A stretch of 40,810 nt of DNA from a virus. The DNA is taken from the IMG/VR virus record IMGVR_UViG_3300035156_000145, positions 1 to 40,810 of that record. One strand, given 5' to 3'. A model generated the notes under the pieces. It made no database searches. It was not told the DNA's origin and worked only from the letters and a program-made list of their open reading frames with translations. Both the position numbers and the translations under genes were made by a program. Below are positions 40,355 to 40,810 of this stretch, piece after piece (the stretch's first letter is position 1; the number at the start of each line of letters is the position of its first letter).

Positions 40355-40473
40355 TGGACGGCTCCTGCGTTACGTGATGTGAATGCGGCGTACGGGCAGC
40401 GCGCCAGGTGCGCCACACCTTGAGCCATGCCGCAGCCGGCGCAACGGGTCGCTGATCGGGTGATGTAGGTCAT
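40351..40473 (-). CDS. Micro-ORF (40 aa), Cys-containing (CxxC...C)
   Basis: Hand translation MTYITRSATRCAGCGMAQGVAHLARCPYAAFTSRNAGAVQ. ATGA overlaps at both ends. Confidence 0.35.
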   Translation of the reverse strand: MTYITRSATRCAGCGMAQGVAHLARCPYAAFTSRNAGAVQ

Positions 40474-40810
40474 GCTGCCTCCCGTTCCAGCTCAGCCCGC
40501 ACGTTTGTCGTGTTGACGCCGTGCCGGATACGGCGCAATACCTCGTCCGATGCGCGCTCCACGTCGATAGCGCGGATGTTCTCGAGCTGGGCGTCGTGGC
40601 ACTCAAGCGCCAAGTTCATCGCTTTGAGTTCGTCGCCCGTGAAGCCAAATCGCCCCGATTTCAGAGCGCGCTTGCCCACTTCAAGCAGCGCATCCCGGCC
40701 GGCGATCATGTGGGCGCGGAACTCGTCGCCAATGCCTTGCTCGCACATGACGTTACCCATGTTGACCGCGCCAACGAGCAAATCCCACGATGCACGGTCG
40801 CCCCGGCCTT
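40470..40810 (-). CDS. 3' part of the junction-spanning 163-aa hypothetical protein (5' part at 1-278)
   Basis: The frame stays open to the window end. Residues from 40781 downward match ORF-track entry 40470-40781. The upstream part is supplied by 278-128 after circular closure. Confidence 0.7.
   Translation of the reverse strand, partial: GRGDRASWDLLVGAVNMGNVMCEQGIGDEFRAHMIAGRDALLEVGKRALKSGRFGFTGDELKAMNLALECHDAQLENIRAIDVERASDEVLRRIRHGVNTTNVRAELEREAA
40684..40810. repeat. Terminal direct repeat, copy B (identical to 1-127)
   Basis: Exact identity read directly. Confidence 0.95.

Noticed and set aside
39564-40418. Full 284-aa version of the methyltransferase-like ORF
   Set aside because: The 56-aa N-terminal extension (MWRTWRAARTPHSHH...) is Arg/Trp/His-rich and overlaps two micro-ORFs that are linked by ATGA stop-start overlaps. 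The internal ATG at 40250 is itself ATGA-coupled.

Overview
The window is a complete temperate phage genome of about 40.68 kb, assembled as a circle. Bases 1-127 are identical to 40684-40810, and a 163-aa ORF is only whole when read across that junction.

The DNA is GC-rich with a high-GC coding style, which suggests a beta-proteobacterial (Burkholderia/Ralstonia-like) host. That is inference only.

**Layout**
- **Immunity region (3.0-4.6 kb):** divergent cro-like (-) and cI-like (+) genes. TTTAG-N6-CTAAA operators sit at a PR/PRM-type switch, and a third copy lies inside a strong PL-type promoter.
- **Plus-strand early operon (4.67-13.96 kb):** many small ORFans, two DUF551 proteins, Erf, SSB, NinB and an excisionase.
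- **Integration module:** tyrosine integrase (14022-14999, -) next to an AT-rich attP region (15000-15227). Its candidate core resembles a tRNA 3' end.
- **Minus-strand early operon:** runs from cro through an RHH protein, a replication initiator (with iteron-like repeats) and a DnaB-type helicase. It crosses the junction and continues through a minimal C5-methyltransferase-like gene, NinG and a Q-type antiterminator (36614-37066).
- **Q-dependent late leader (35.9-36.6 kb):** a late promoter, two intrinsic terminators, a tRNA-like gene and a long stem-loop.
- **Late operon (-):** a glycan-active block (SASA-type esterase, beta-helix protein) upstream of TerS/TerL, then portal, scaffold, N4-gp56-type capsid and head-completion proteins. 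These are followed by a GNAT acetyltransferase, three large ejection-type proteins, a pectate-lyase-like tailspike and a lysis cassette.
- No tape-measure, tube or sheath genes are present, so a short-tailed virion is inferred.

**Best candidates for new biology**
- An opposite-strand two-gene cassette (39043-39583): a near-consensus promoter embedded in an inverted repeat, an 82-aa ORFan and an RHH regulator. The architecture is acr-aca-like, TA-like or immI-like.
- An AT-rich membrane-protein moron behind cI (3984-4529).
- The non-canonical tRNA-like element between two terminators in the late leader.
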